Assembly: GCA_049889795.1 (NCBI GenBank)
Contig: JBMHCS010000003.1
Coordinates: forward strand, 101,149-165,148
Length of the DNA stretch: 64,000 bases
DNA from: Candidatus Puniceispirillaceae bacterium
GTDB lineage: Bacteria; Pseudomonadota; Alphaproteobacteria; Puniceispirillales; Puniceispirillaceae
Direction of reading: 5' to 3'
Shown: positions 20,034 to 30,559 of the stretch, piece after piece
Position numbering within the stretch: the stretch's first letter is position 1
Layout: each line of letters begins with the position of its first letter
Notes under the pieces: model-generated
The model's input: the letters and a program-made list of their open reading frames with translations, nothing else
Told to the model about the DNA's origin: nothing
The model's database searches: none
Position numbers and translations under genes: made by a program

Positions 20034-21059
20034 TTATGTCTGATTCAGTGAAGCAACAGACTTCACGCATACCTGCTGTAGCAACTGCTGTATAGGGGTA
20101 ATGACGGCACTCAGTTCAGCTGGCAATGTGTCGGCGCATTCACCCGCGCGCGCCATCAACGCATTCATCCGTCTTGCCGCTTCGCCGGCAGCAGATGATT
20201 CCAGAATGGCTGCCAGCCAGACATCAAAACCGGCGTCATCGCCGCTTGCATACCACGCATCAAAGGCAGCACGCCTGTCATCATCCAGCGATGCGCGGAA
20301 CAGGACAACAACGCCGTTGGGCGCGCGGCGGCGCATGTCAGACCCGCAGGTATTTGCACCGTCCCCACCGCTGAAATTCAGAATATCATTGCCAATCTGA
20401 TAGGCATTGCCGAGCGCCCGGAAACACTGACCGATGGTCGTTGCCGAATTGCCGTGCAACGCCATGGTTGCAACACCTTCCAGTGGCGCGGTCAGCAAAG
20501 GGGCTGTCTTATCGCCGGCGCCCTGCAGGTAGGCATCCCAGCTGGCAACCGGGCTGATATCGAATTCGCGTGCCTCACCAAGGGTGGTTGTTTTCATATG
20601 GGTCGCCAGAATTTTCACCAGCATGGGTGTCTGCGAGCGTTGCGCCGCCTCTGCTGCAAGTTCGAACGCCAATGCGATCAGCCAGTCACCAAGCGTCAGG
20701 GCAACATCGCGGCCAAATATCGACCAGACGGCGGGGCGCCCACGCCGCAGGCGGTCACCATCACAAATATCATCATGGATCAGCGAGGCATTATGCAGAA
20801 CCTCTATCGCCGCAGCCCAGTGCATTGCTGCTGCACGGTCAACCTTGAGCGCATCAGCAGCCCGTAGCGCCATCTTGGCCCGCAGCATCTTTCCAGGTGC
20901 CATAAAATGATGGGCCGCAGCCTCGGAAAGTGGCTGGCCCGCGGCCGGCATACGCTCAGCTATGAAGACATGGATGGCTTCGGATGTTGACCGTGAAATC
21001 GCGCCGCCTGCGCCTGCATCTGTCAGGATATTCTTGGCTGGTTTGGACAGGTCAGTCAT
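20034..21059 (-). CDS. crtE: Geranylgeranyl diphosphate synthase
   Basis: GKMLR, E.LHNASLIHDDICDGD..RRGRP, LGD.L, KTA, LG.AYQI.ND. Confidence 0.9.
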   Translation of the reverse strand: MTDLSKPAKNILTDAGAGGAISRSTSEAIHVFIAERMPAAGQPLSEAAAHHFMAPGKMLRAKMALRAADALKVDRAAAMHWAAAIEVLHNASLIHDDICDGDRLRRGRPAVWSIFGRDVALTLGDWLIALAFELAAEAAQRSQTPMLVKILATHMKTTTLGEAREFDISPVASWDAYLQGAGDKTAPLLTAPLEGVATMALHGNSATTIGQCFRALGNAYQIGNDILNFSGGDGANTCGSDMRRRAPNGVVVLFRASLDDDRRAAFDAWYASGDDAGFDVWLAAILESSAAGEAARRMNALMARAGECADTLPAELSAVITPIQQLLQQVCVKSVASLNQT

Positions 21060-21106
21060 TGGTACCGGCTTTGCTGTTTCCAGTCACTCTGGTGAAAGAG
21101 TCATCA

Positions 21107-21148
21107 AAGAAATAGTGCCAGGGACAGTGCTTGGCGCTGTCCCTGACA
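21107..21148 (-). terminator. Stem-loop / weak intrinsic terminator between proteorhodopsin and crtE
   Basis: Minus strand: tgtcagggacagcgc-caa-gcactgtccctggca followed by ctatttcttt. Confidence 0.65.
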
Positions 21149-21159
21149 ATGTTGGGTAT

Positions 21160-21948
21160 TTAGGCTTTTGCTTCGGTCTCGGTGACCGCAACGTTCCAGA
21201 TGATCACACCGAACGCAATTTTGTTCAGCACGTCAGCCAGGTTGTAGATCACGTTGAGCGAGTTTGCCGAGCTGGCTGGGTCGCCAGTCGCCAGGTAACC
21301 ATAGAAATAGCCAAGCGGATAAATCGCCCAGCCAATGGTCACAATCCAGCGCATGGTTGAGAAGGCCGACTTGACCGACTCAGGAGCCTGCTCTGCAGAA
21401 AGCTTACCGGCTTCACCTGCAAAAATTTCATACAGGATGTAGAACCAGCCTACCATACCGATGACAAAGCCGAGCCATACGTTCATATAGCCCACCTCAC
21501 CGGCATAACCGCCGACCAGCATGATCAGCGTACCGACGGTCAGACGCCAGAAGATGCCAGACGATACGTTGGCAATGGCGCGCAGGATCAGGTAGAACTC
21601 GATCATCAGCAGCGGAACTGTGATGAGCCAGTCGATGTAACGATACACGGTTGGTGTGTCGCCGGTGTTTACCCATACGTCACGCATGTAGAAATAGTGT
21701 ACAGCAGCAACCAAAGTCACCAGACCGGACACAGTAAGCGAAGTCTTCCACTTACCTTCCACGCGCTGTGTCTCAATGAAGAAGAACGCGGTTGAAGCAA
21801 CCAGCGCCATTGAGATCAACCAGAACGAAATACCGACGAAATCATCACTCGCCAGGTTATCGCCTGCAGCAAACGCAACAGTGGGTGTGATGGCCAACGC
21901 CGCCGTAATCAGCGCCGTTTTCGCGGCCTTACCCGTGAAGAGTTTCAT
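21160..21948 (-). CDS. Proteorhodopsin, DTE proton pump, green-tuned (Leu105)
   Basis: Signal peptide; AAVHY (His75), RYIDWLITVPLLMIEF (D97, T101, L105, E108), GWAIYP.GY, YNLADVLNK (D227, K231 Schiff base). Confidence 0.98.
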   Translation of the reverse strand: MKLFTGKAAKTALITAALAITPTVAFAAGDNLASDDFVGISFWLISMALVASTAFFFIETQRVEGKWKTSLTVSGLVTLVAAVHYFYMRDVWVNTGDTPTVYRYIDWLITVPLLMIEFYLILRAIANVSSGIFWRLTVGTLIMLVGGYAGEVGYMNVWLGFVIGMVGWFYILYEIFAGEAGKLSAEQAPESVKSAFSTMRWIVTIGWAIYPLGYFYGYLATGDPASSANSLNVIYNLADVLNKIAFGVIIWNVAVTETEAKA

Positions 21949-22053
21949 TTTGTACCTCCGTTAACGAAAAGGTACGGACGGACCTTGCCGCGATCGCGAC
22001 ATTATGACCCACCCGTAGCGCCCCTACCGTATCTACGGAAACAGTGAGGGCGC
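21949..22053 (-). promoter_or_regulatory. Structured 5' leader of proteorhodopsin with an SD-sequestering hairpin
   Basis: Three consecutive stems on the sense strand; the last, GUACCUUUUCGUUAACGGAGGUAC, pairs with the GGAGG SD. Confidence 0.55.
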
Positions 22054-22546
22054 AATTACTAACCGGCCCGTTTTCAGCCCCAAACCAGATAAGGCTATTT
22101 TATTGTTTATTTACAGATATTTAATACATGAAAAACAGTTTTGACGAATTCGCAACATTCCCCCTGAAATTTGTGCAAAAAATTACTAACACACTCTATT
22201 TATTTGATTTTTATGAATTTCGACAAAATGGCCTATTTTCGCCAGTTCGCATAGATTATGCGCCAAATGGGGCGTAAATGGCCCTGCAAATCGACCGCAG
22301 CCCGGCAGATTGGCCTGCCGGCGTTCTTGCATGGTTCCATGCAATCCGAACGCGACCTTCGGGCTGTGATTGCCGCAGATGGCCGGCTTTGCTAGCCTGA
22401 CGGCGTGGATCGGAAAAGCGGCAGCGCGCGGTTCGTCGTTCCGGAAACAGTGCGCTGTGCCGGAAAATGCAAAATCACAGGAATGCCACAGTTTTGTCAT
22501 CTCAGCCTGATACCGGCAATAATAACCTCAACCACGCAAGGATGGT

Positions 22547-23368
22547 GTGATGCCGTCAACACAAGCCGCGCACCCCATTTTTTCATTCGCCGATGGCGAG
22601 ATGGGACCGATTTCAAATGCCTTGATCAGAGGCATAGAGCGCATCAGCGGCCAGCCTAGGATTCGCAAACTCTATTTTGACTATGTCGATGAGCAGCGTC
22701 CCTTTGACAGCTTTTGGTCAGATGCGCTGGAACGGCTGAACATCTCGGTTGACCTGCATCGTGATTTTGGCGCTGAAATTCCAAGCAGTGGGCCTACCTT
22801 GATTGTTGCCAACCATCCCTATGGTGTTGTCGACGGCTTGGTTCTATGTGCCCTCGTGGCGCAGGTCAGGTCCGATTACAAAATCATCACCCACCGCGTA
22901 TTGCGCCAGGCACCCGCAACAATGGATAAAATTCTGCCGGTTGATTTCGATGAAACGGAAGCAGCCCTGCAGACCAACATCCAGACGCGCAAGGACGCGG
23001 CCGCATATTTGCGTCAGGGCGGTGCCGTGATCATCTTTCCCGCAGGGGCGATCTCGCTGGCACCAAATTTGATTGGCGATGCCTATGACAAAGAATGGAA
23101 GACCTATGCCGGCAAACTGGCAACGCAGCCGGGAACAACAACGGTTCCATTCCTGTTTGATGGACAGAATTCGGTTCTATTCCAAGCGGCACGCAGGATC
23201 AGTCTGACGCTGGCCTATTCCCTTATGTTCCGTGAAATCTGCAAACTGATGGGAACGACTGTCTCGCTTACAATGCGTAAACCGTTACATGCAGACGCGC
23301 TGGCGCAGCTGTCAGACCGCAAGGTGATCATCGACCATCTGCGTGACCATACTTATGGTTTGCTCTGA
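22547..23368 (+). CDS. Lysophospholipid/glycerolipid acyltransferase (PlsC-like)
   Basis: VANHPYGVVDG (HxxxxD), IIFPAG, F.GQNS.LFQ. Confidence 0.85.
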   Translation: MMPSTQAAHPIFSFADGEMGPISNALIRGIERISGQPRIRKLYFDYVDEQRPFDSFWSDALERLNISVDLHRDFGAEIPSSGPTLIVANHPYGVVDGLVLCALVAQVRSDYKIITHRVLRQAPATMDKILPVDFDETEAALQTNIQTRKDAAAYLRQGGAVIIFPAGAISLAPNLIGDAYDKEWKTYAGKLATQPGTTTVPFLFDGQNSVLFQAARRISLTLAYSLMFREICKLMGTTVSLTMRKPLHADALAQLSDRKVIIDHLRDHTYGLL

Positions 23369-23628
23369 CCATCATCCTTGCCGGTGTCAGATTTCTCGGC
23401 TGCTTCCGGCCTCCGACGCGGTGCGCGGGTGACCATCTTCAAAAACACCATTACGAAAATCACCATGGCAACATAGAGGATCAGCACATGCGGGTGGTCC
23501 TGCAGGTTTTCATGCAGGCTGTCATTCATACAGATGAAGTCGCGCTTGAACTCGCCAACCGACGGATCGGCTGACAGGATTTCGCAGGTGTTCGGACCGT
23601 CGGGTGTTACCTTGCCATCATTTGCCAT
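23353..23628 (-). CDS. Small hypothetical protein with one TM helix
   Basis: Starts 1 nt after the upstream stop; single hydrophobic segment followed by a basic tail. Confidence 0.6.
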   Translation of the reverse strand: MANDGKVTPDGPNTCEILSADPSVGEFKRDFICMNDSLHENLQDHPHVLILYVAMVIFVMVFLKMVTRAPRRRPEAAEKSDTGKDDGQSKP

Positions 23629-23629
23629 G

Positions 23630-24103
23630 TCACCAGATCCCCAGATTGTCGCTCAGTAAAATATCCTTCAGGAACATCAGGGTGAAATATCCGGCATTCA
23701 CCATGATGATAAAACAGATGGCCGTGCGGATCTCAGGCTGCAAAGCCTCATCCAGCAGCCGTTTGAAAAAGCCACGTGACAGCATCACTGTAAATTCAAT
23801 GACATAAAGTGAAATCACACCAGCGTTCACAAACAGCACGGTGGCGATCCCGCTATGGCGGCCGACAAGGATGCTGATCACACAAACCGCCGCCGCAAGG
23901 GCGATTGCCGACACCATCGTATTCAACCAGCTGGCGGTCAGAACCGGAAACCGCCCCAGAAAGGCGCCGGGCTGGGCTGCCGCACCGCGAAAAACCGTTA
24001 CAAGCGCAGCAAAATGCAACAGAAAGACCAGCGCAAGCTTGGCGCGTTCCAACGCGTCGAGGTGTAGGAATAGCTGGTCTGTACGATCAATACCCATCGC
24101 CAT
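23630..24103 (-). CDS. Hypothetical multi-pass membrane protein
   Basis: About four hydrophobic segments; same strand as and directly downstream of tag. Confidence 0.6.
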   Translation of the reverse strand: MAMGIDRTDQLFLHLDALERAKLALVFLLHFAALVTVFRGAAAQPGAFLGRFPVLTASWLNTMVSAIALAAAVCVISILVGRHSGIATVLFVNAGVISLYVIEFTVMLSRGFFKRLLDEALQPEIRTAICFIIMVNAGYFTLMFLKDILLSDNLGIW

Positions 24104-24176
24104 AATGCCCTGCAATGATGCCGCCCCCTCCCCAGCAGATGGGGCCGGCACCGGGGCGCTTCAATCCCGCAGGCCG

Positions 24177-24788
24177 CTATCGCACCGTTTCTGTGCGCCG
24201 CCAGCAGCCATCGACATGATCATTCACCATACCGATACCCTGCATAAAGGCATAGATGATGGTGCTGCCAACAAAGCTGAAACCACGCCTTTTCATATCC
24301 TTTGACAGCTGGTCACTCAGCGGTGTCGAAGCCGGCACATCGGCGATGCTGGCAAAGCGGTTGATGACCGGCTGGCCATCGACAAAACCCCAGAGATAAG
24401 CATCAAGGCTGCCATGCGACTGCCGCAGGGCAAGAATAGCTTCGGCATTGCTGCGCACCGAGGCAATTTTCATCCTGTTCCGCACGATACCGGGATCATT
24501 GCGCAGCTCGAGCAGCGCCGAATCCTCCATTACGGCCACCCGCTCGACATCAAAATCATGAAAGGCCGCACGGTAACCTGCGCGTTTGCGCAACACGACA
24601 TCCCAGCTGAGACCGGCCTGCGCGCCCTCAAGCGTCAGCATCTCGAAAAGATGCCGGTCATCATGAACCGGCACACCCCATTCCTCGTCATGATAGCGCG
24701 CCAGCACATGCTGTCCTGCCGCCGTGCCAAAGCAGCGACGCACACCGTCAGCCGACATCAGAGGATCATTATTCTGCTGGTCTGTCAT
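24177..24788 (-). CDS. tag: DNA-3-methyladenine glycosylase I
   Basis: YHDEEWG.P, LFE.L.LEG.QAGLSW, IVRNR.KI, F.FVGSTI.YAFMQ..G.VNDH..C. Confidence 0.95.
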   Translation of the reverse strand: MTDQQNNDPLMSADGVRRCFGTAAGQHVLARYHDEEWGVPVHDDRHLFEMLTLEGAQAGLSWDVVLRKRAGYRAAFHDFDVERVAVMEDSALLELRNDPGIVRNRMKIASVRSNAEAILALRQSHGSLDAYLWGFVDGQPVINRFASIADVPASTPLSDQLSKDMKRRGFSFVGSTIIYAFMQGIGMVNDHVDGCWRRTETVR

Positions 24789-24815
24789 GCGCGCTTTTCT
24801 GGCTCTCGAAGCTGG

Positions 24816-25562
24816 TTATGAAAACGAAACGGCAAGCGTGCGCGCCATCAGCACCACACCTGACACCAACATAAGTCCGATAAGAATCCGTGAATAGAGC
24901 CCTTCCGGCATCTTGCCAAAGCACCACAGGCCAAACAGGCTGCCGGCAAGGCTGGCCGGCAATATGATCAACATCGCCTGCAACACCGCCTTGTCGAAGA
25001 TCCCCTCACGCCACATGAGGATGCTCATTATGCTGAGGATCACAACATTGAATGGCTGCAGGGCACCGCGCTGCTCGGTCTTAGGCCATGGGCGCAGGGC
25101 AATCCACATTGATGGCACCGCACCGGACAAGCCGGCCATTGCCCCCAGCACGCCCCCCAGAAACCCGGCGGCCACATCAACCGAATGCCATTTACCGGAG
25201 ATGAGCGGCAAGGTCCGTCGCAAACTGAAATAGCCGCCATAGACCAGCATCAACGCGGCCACCAGCAATGACAGCATGCGCATGTCGAGGCTCTGCAGAA
25301 GCCCAAATCCCAGAGGCATGCCGATCAGGGCCGGCACCAGGAATCGTGCCTGCCGCCGCGCCCGGATATGCTTTCGTACTTTCCAGACGCCCGGCATGCT
25401 GATCAGCACCGAAACCAGCACGACAATGGCGACTGCCTGCTGCGGCGGCATAACCTGTAACAGCCACCCAAGGGCAAACAGCCCCGTGCCAAAACCGGCA
25501 AGCCCGTTGATAAAACCGCCCGACAAGCCCGCTGCCAACAGGCAGATCATTGCAAATTCCAT
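24816..25562 (-). CDS. Sulfite exporter TauE/SafE family protein
   Basis: [12 protein letters not shown] and [15 protein letters not shown] repeats; about eight TM segments. Confidence 0.85.
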   Translation of the reverse strand: MEFAMICLLAAGLSGGFINGLAGFGTGLFALGWLLQVMPPQQAVAIVVLVSVLISMPGVWKVRKHIRARRQARFLVPALIGMPLGFGLLQSLDMRMLSLLVAALMLVYGGYFSLRRTLPLISGKWHSVDVAAGFLGGVLGAMAGLSGAVPSMWIALRPWPKTEQRGALQPFNVVILSIMSILMWREGIFDKAVLQAMLIILPASLAGSLFGLWCFGKMPEGLYSRILIGLMLVSGVVLMARTLAVSFS

Positions 25563-25703
25563 AGTGCCTCCGCAGTGCGTCTGGCGATCATCTGTGTCCG
25601 CAGAAACTACGCGCCCGGCAGGCTGCTGTCACAGGTTTTACAGTTGCCGCCTGCAGGTGGAGACGGCAGGATTGCTTCATGGATACACGCCAGGACAGCA
25701 GCG

Positions 25704-27347
25704 ATGACAGCGTTTGAAGCGGATTACATCATTATTGGCGGCGGGTCGGCAGGCTGTGTTCTCGCGGCGCGATTGAGCGAAAACCCGGACATGTCGGTTT
25801 TGCTGGTTGAAGCTGGTGGCGAGGACCGAAACCCGCTGATCCACATTCCGGCCGGCTATATCAAAACCATGGTTAATCCGGCCATGAACTGGATGTTTGA
25901 AAGCGAGCCCGAAGCCAGTAGCGGCAACCGCCGGATTAAAATTCCGCGCGGCAAGGTGCTGGGAGGGTCTTCTGCGATCAATGCGATGCTGTATGTGCGT
26001 GGACAGGCTGCCGATTATGATGAATGGGCACAACGCGGCAATAGCGGATGGGGGTTTGACGATATCCTTCCTTACTTTCGCAAAGCCGAACATGCTGAAT
26101 TTGCCACAGATAATGACCGGTTTCACGGACATGGCGGACCGCTGAATGTCGCGCAGCTGCGCAACCGCTATAGCGGCCTCGACCAGGTGATCAAAGCGGC
26201 AGAAAGCTGCGGTTATGACCAGAACCCGGACTATAACGGTGCGCGTCAGGACGGGTTTGCCTATTATCAGGTGACGCAGAAAAACGGCATGCGCTTTTCT
26301 GCAAAAAAAGCCTATCTGGACATGGCAAGGCGGCGGCGCAATCTGCGAGTCATTACCGGTGCGCATGTTACAAACATTGTCTTTGATGATGTTGGGGGAC
26401 AGGCACCACGGGCGCGATCTATTCAATTTTCCTGGCGCGGGCGCCGGCATGTCGCACGCGCCGGTCGCGAAATTATTCTGTCGGCGGGCGCCATCCAGTC
26501 ACCGCAGATACTTGAATTGTCCGGGATTGGCGATCCGTCCCTGCTGGCGGCACAGGGGATCGGGATCACCGCAGCGCTCAAGGGCGTTGGCGAACATCTG
26601 GCGGACCATTATATATCACGTCTGTCCTGGCGCCTGTCCTCGCCGCTGTCGATCAACCATCATGCGCACGGTATCGGCCTTGTGGGTGCGGTGCTTCAAT
26701 ATGCGCTGACGCGACGTGGCGTCCTGAGCATGCCGGCAGGCATGCTGGCCGGGTTTGTTCGCAGCCGGCCCGGGCTTGCCGGACCGGATATCCAGTACCA
26801 CATCGCCAATGCCAGCTTTGCCAATCCGGAAAAGCGCGTTTTTGACAGCTTTCCCGGCATGACCTTCGGCCCATGCCAACTGCGGCCGGAAAGCCGCGGC
26901 AGCGTGCATATCACCAGCGCAGACCCGTTGGCAGCACCGGCAATTCGCCCGAACTATCTTGCCACCGAAGAAGATTGCCGCGTGCATGTTGCCGGCATGC
27001 AAATCGCCCGCCAGATCATGGAAAGCGATATCATGGCCCCCCATGTGGCGTATGAAATGAAGCCCGGGGCAGATGTTGCGCATGCGGCTGATTTGCTGGC
27101 CTATGCACGTGAGACCGGGGTGACGCTGTACCATCCGGTTTCAACCTGCCGTATGGGCCCATCGCTATCGAATGGCGATGTTGTGGATTCGCGCTTGCGG
27201 GTTCACGGTATCAGAGGTCTGCGCGTGGTTGATGCCTCTGTCATGCCGACACTTGTATCCGGCAACACCAACGCGCCAACCATCATGATCGCTGAAAAGG
27301 CCGCCGACATGATCAAATCCGATGTGACACATGGAGACGCCAGATGA
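25704..27347 (+). CDS. GMC oxidoreductase (choline dehydrogenase-like)
   Basis: [74 protein letters not shown]. Confidence 0.92.
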   Translation: MTAFEADYIIIGGGSAGCVLAARLSENPDMSVLLVEAGGEDRNPLIHIPAGYIKTMVNPAMNWMFESEPEASSGNRRIKIPRGKVLGGSSAINAMLYVRGQAADYDEWAQRGNSGWGFDDILPYFRKAEHAEFATDNDRFHGHGGPLNVAQLRNRYSGLDQVIKAAESCGYDQNPDYNGARQDGFAYYQVTQKNGMRFSAKKAYLDMARRRRNLRVITGAHVTNIVFDDVGGQAPRARSIQFSWRGRRHVARAGREIILSAGAIQSPQILELSGIGDPSLLAAQGIGITAALKGVGEHLADHYISRLSWRLSSPLSINHHAHGIGLVGAVLQYALTRRGVLSMPAGMLAGFVRSRPGLAGPDIQYHIANASFANPEKRVFDSFPGMTFGPCQLRPESRGSVHITSADPLAAPAIRPNYLATEEDCRVHVAGMQIARQIMESDIMAPHVAYEMKPGADVAHAADLLAYARETGVTLYHPVSTCRMGPSLSNGDVVDSRLRVHGIRGLRVVDASVMPTLVSGNTNAPTIMIAEKAADMIKSDVTHGDAR

Positions 27348-28534
27348 GTGATGCCGGCATCTTTGACCCGCAACTGATTGCGCAGATGACCGCATGGCGA
27401 CGGGATTTTCACCGCCATCCGGAACTGGGCTTTGCCGAGGAACGCACGGCGGCGCGTGTGGCAGATCTGTTGGAATCTTTCGGGCTGGAGGTGCATCGCA
27501 GCATTGGAAACACCGGCGTTGTCGGCATATTGCAACGCGGCAACGGGCCGGGCAGCATCGCGTTTCGCGCCGATATGGATGCGCTTCCCATCACCGAGAC
27601 AGGCACTGCCGAATGGGCCTCCACCAATGACGGCGTGATGCATGCCTGCGGGCATGATGGCCATACCAGCATGTTGCTGGGTGCGGCGTGCCATCTTGCA
27701 ACACAGGATGATGTCAACGGCCGCATAATATTCATCTTTCAGCCAAATGAGGAACATGGGCTTGGTGCCCGCGCCATGATTGATGACGGTCTGTTTGCGC
27801 GCTTTCCGGCGGATGCGGTATTTGCCATGCATAATATCCCCGGCATGCCAGCCGGAAGCTTTGCCACCCGTGCCGGACCCATGACCGCCAGCGAAAGCCT
27901 GTTCGAGATCACGATAAAGGCACGCGGCGGGCATGCCGCATTACCGCATATGGGGGTCGATGCCATTCTTGTCGGCGCCCAGCTTGTCACTGCGCTGCAA
28001 TCGGTTGTCGCGCGCAAGATCGATCCGGCGCGCAATGGTGTGGTGTCGATCACGGAATTCATCACCGATGGTGGCCGCAATATACTGCCATCGAACGCGG
28101 TTCTGAAAGGGGATGCACGCGCGCTCAGCGATGACACAAACAGGGCCATCGAAACCCATATGCGCCAGATTGCGTCAGGCATTGCACAGGCACATGATGT
28201 TGACATCAGCCTGACCTATGACACTGTGTTTCCAGCCTTGCAGAATGACCCAGATGCCACCGCGCAGGCGGTGCGTGCCGCCCGTCTGACTGGCCAACCC
28301 GTCGACCCGGCGTGCGACCCAAAGCTGTTTTCCGAGGATTTTGCCCATATGGCACGAGCCGTGCCGGGGTGCTTCATGCTGATCGGTAATGGCACCGAGG
28401 GCGCCCATGCACGCCCGCTTCATGCCAGCGACTATGATTTCAATGATGATATCCTTGAAAGCGGTGCTGGCTATATTGCCGCGCTGGCAAAGCAATTCCT
28501 GAACAGTGACGAACCGGTGGGCGGATCCGGTTAG
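27344..28534 (+). CDS. M20D amidohydrolase (hippurate hydrolase-like)
   Basis: [42 protein letters not shown]...YDFND; ATGA overlap with the GMC gene. Confidence 0.92.
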   Translation: MSDAGIFDPQLIAQMTAWRRDFHRHPELGFAEERTAARVADLLESFGLEVHRSIGNTGVVGILQRGNGPGSIAFRADMDALPITETGTAEWASTNDGVMHACGHDGHTSMLLGAACHLATQDDVNGRIIFIFQPNEEHGLGARAMIDDGLFARFPADAVFAMHNIPGMPAGSFATRAGPMTASESLFEITIKARGGHAALPHMGVDAILVGAQLVTALQSVVARKIDPARNGVVSITEFITDGGRNILPSNAVLKGDARALSDDTNRAIETHMRQIASGIAQAHDVDISLTYDTVFPALQNDPDATAQAVRAARLTGQPVDPACDPKLFSEDFAHMARAVPGCFMLIGNGTEGAHARPLHASDYDFNDDILESGAGYIAALAKQFLNSDEPVGGSG

Positions 28535-30516
28535 GCATCGCCCTCTTCATCAGCCAGATCCAGCGACAGGATAAGGTCATCGACATTCAGATTGTCCCCG
28601 ACACTTACCGCGACTGAAGTGACCGTGCCGCGCGCTTCGGATGTCAGGATATTCTCCATCTTCATTGCTTCGATGATGGCGACATCTTGTCCGGCCTGAA
28701 CCTCATCGCCAACCGCGACGAGAATACGGGTAATCTGTCCAGGCATGGGTGCGATGATTTCATCCGCCCCGGCCCCTTCGGTCTGCGCGGGCATCAATGC
28801 CAGCATCGGGCCAAAGCGCGCCGGCAGGATTTTGACTGCCAGACGGTGTGCCCCGCGGGTCAAATACACATTATGGTCGTTACCGCGCAGCTGCACGGCA
28901 ACCGGTTCTTCGTTGATCGTACCGTCAAACAAATAAAGCGGCCGGCGCAGGCGGCCAGCCAGCGCATAGCGGCGGCCATCCACAATCACCATGGCTTCCG
29001 TCTGTGTGACCGCGTCGACCTCCACTTCATATTGCCGCCCTGTCTGGTCGATCACGACAAAATGCCGGTCGGGCGTAATGGGATTGCGTTCTTCCAGCTG
29101 CAGGGCAGCCACAGCCGTACCAAGTGCCACCATATTGCAGGCCGCGAGATCCGCGGGCGCGCCGGCAACAAAATCACCGTCAAATTCGGCCGCGATAAAG
29201 CCTGTCGTCAGATTGCCACTTTTGAAAGCTGCATTTTCCAGCACCGCCGAAAGGAACTGGCGGTTGCTGGCAATGCCGTCAATCTCGTAATGGTCCAGCG
29301 CCAGATGCAACCGGTCAATCGCCGCATCGCGCGTCGGGGCGTGCGCCACCAGCTTGGCAATCATCGGGTCATAATACATCGAGATTTCACCGCCCTCGGC
29401 AACCCCTGTATCAACCCGCACCCCGTCGCCCTGCGGTTCACGATACCGCGTCAGCTGGCCAATGGATGGCAGAAAGCCCCGCGCCGGGTCCTCGGCATAG
29501 ACGCGGGCCTCGATGGCCCATCCGTTCGGCGTGATGTCATCCTGTGTAAAGGGCAGGGTTTCACCGGCTGCGACCCGGATCATGGTCTCGACAAGGTCAA
29601 GCCCATAGACCATTTCGGTCACCGGGTGTTCCACCTGCAGTCGGGTGTTCATCTCAAGGAAATAGAAATCCTGGTCGGCACCAACGATGAATTCCACCGT
29701 ACCGGCCGACCGGTAATTTACAGCGCGCGCAAGTGATACCGCCTGGGCGCCCATCGCAGCACGTGTTTCTGCCGAGATGAACGGGCTTGGTGCCTCTTCG
29801 ATGACCTTTTGATGCCGCCGCTGAATTGAACATTCCCGTTCGCCAACATAGACAATATTGCCATGCTGGTCGGCGATCAGCTGGATTTCGATGTGACGCG
29901 GCTGCACAACGAATTTTTCGATAAATACCCGCGAATCGCCGAAAGCGGTCTGCGCCTCATTCATCGCGGCGCGCATGCCGTCTGGAAGTTCATCCGCGGT
30001 CTCAATCACGCGCATGCCCTTGCCACCACCACCGGCAGAAGCCTTCACCATAACGGGAAAACCGATATCCGTGGCGGCTTTCAGGGCGGTATCGATATCT
30101 TCAACCGCGCCCGGCGTGCCCGGCACAACCGACACACCGACTTTTTCAGCAAGTGTCTTTGATTCAATCTTGTCGCCCATCACACGGATGGCCTCGGTGC
30201 CCGGTCCGATAAAGACCAGACCGGCCGCTTCTACCGCTGTGACAAAGGCTGCATTTTCTGACAGGAACCCAAATCCCGGGTGGATCGCCTCCGCGCCGGT
30301 TGCCTGTGCGGCTTCAATGATCCGGTCCGCCCGCAGATAGCTCTCGGCGGAGGCAGCTGGCCCGATATGCACAGCTTCATCCGCCATCTGGACATGTGGC
30401 GTTCCGGCATCGGCATCCGAATAGACAGCGACCGTCTGAATTCCCATGCTTTTGGCTGTGCGCATGATGCGGCACGCGATTTCGCCGCGATTGGCAATCA
30501 GGATCTTGTTGAACAT
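28531..30516 (-). CDS. pccA: Propionyl-CoA carboxylase alpha subunit
   Basis: KILIANRGEIA, KASAGGGGKGMR, ERECSIQRRHQK, EMNTRLQVEHPVTE, biotin site EAMKM. Confidence 0.92.
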   Translation of the reverse strand: MFNKILIANRGEIACRIMRTAKSMGIQTVAVYSDADAGTPHVQMADEAVHIGPAASAESYLRADRIIEAAQATGAEAIHPGFGFLSENAAFVTAVEAAGLVFIGPGTEAIRVMGDKIESKTLAEKVGVSVVPGTPGAVEDIDTALKAATDIGFPVMVKASAGGGGKGMRVIETADELPDGMRAAMNEAQTAFGDSRVFIEKFVVQPRHIEIQLIADQHGNIVYVGERECSIQRRHQKVIEEAPSPFISAETRAAMGAQAVSLARAVNYRSAGTVEFIVGADQDFYFLEMNTRLQVEHPVTEMVYGLDLVETMIRVAAGETLPFTQDDITPNGWAIEARVYAEDPARGFLPSIGQLTRYREPQGDGVRVDTGVAEGGEISMYYDPMIAKLVAHAPTRDAAIDRLHLALDHYEIDGIASNRQFLSAVLENAAFKSGNLTTGFIAAEFDGDFVAGAPADLAACNMVALGTAVAALQLEERNPITPDRHFVVIDQTGRQYEVEVDAVTQTEAMVIVDGRRYALAGRLRRPLYLFDGTINEEPVAVQLRGNDHNVYLTRGAHRLAVKILPARFGPMLALMPAQTEGAGADEIIAPMPGQITRILVAVGDEVQAGQDVAIIEAMKMENILTSEARGTVTSVAVSVGDNLNVDDLILSLDLADEEGDA

Positions 30517-30559
30517 CTATTTACCGTCCCTCTGCGTACCGGCCGTTGCGCATCGTGCG

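Noticed and set aside
20034-21059. crtE as a pseudogene because its second Asp-rich motif reads NDILN
   Set aside because: The ORF is full length in an intact operon with the first DDxxD motif and RRG preserved; degeneration of the second motif alone is insufficient evidence.
22244-22268. dif-like sequence agttcgcata-gat-tatgcgccaaat in the AT-rich gap upstream of proteorhodopsin
   Set aside because: A dif site needs ATAA-N6-TTATG spacing. This spacer is too short and the XerD arm is poor. At most an operator palindrome.
25704-27347. Calling either GMC oxidoreductase betA
   Set aside because: No betB, betI or choline transporter nearby, and family motifs do not fix the substrate.
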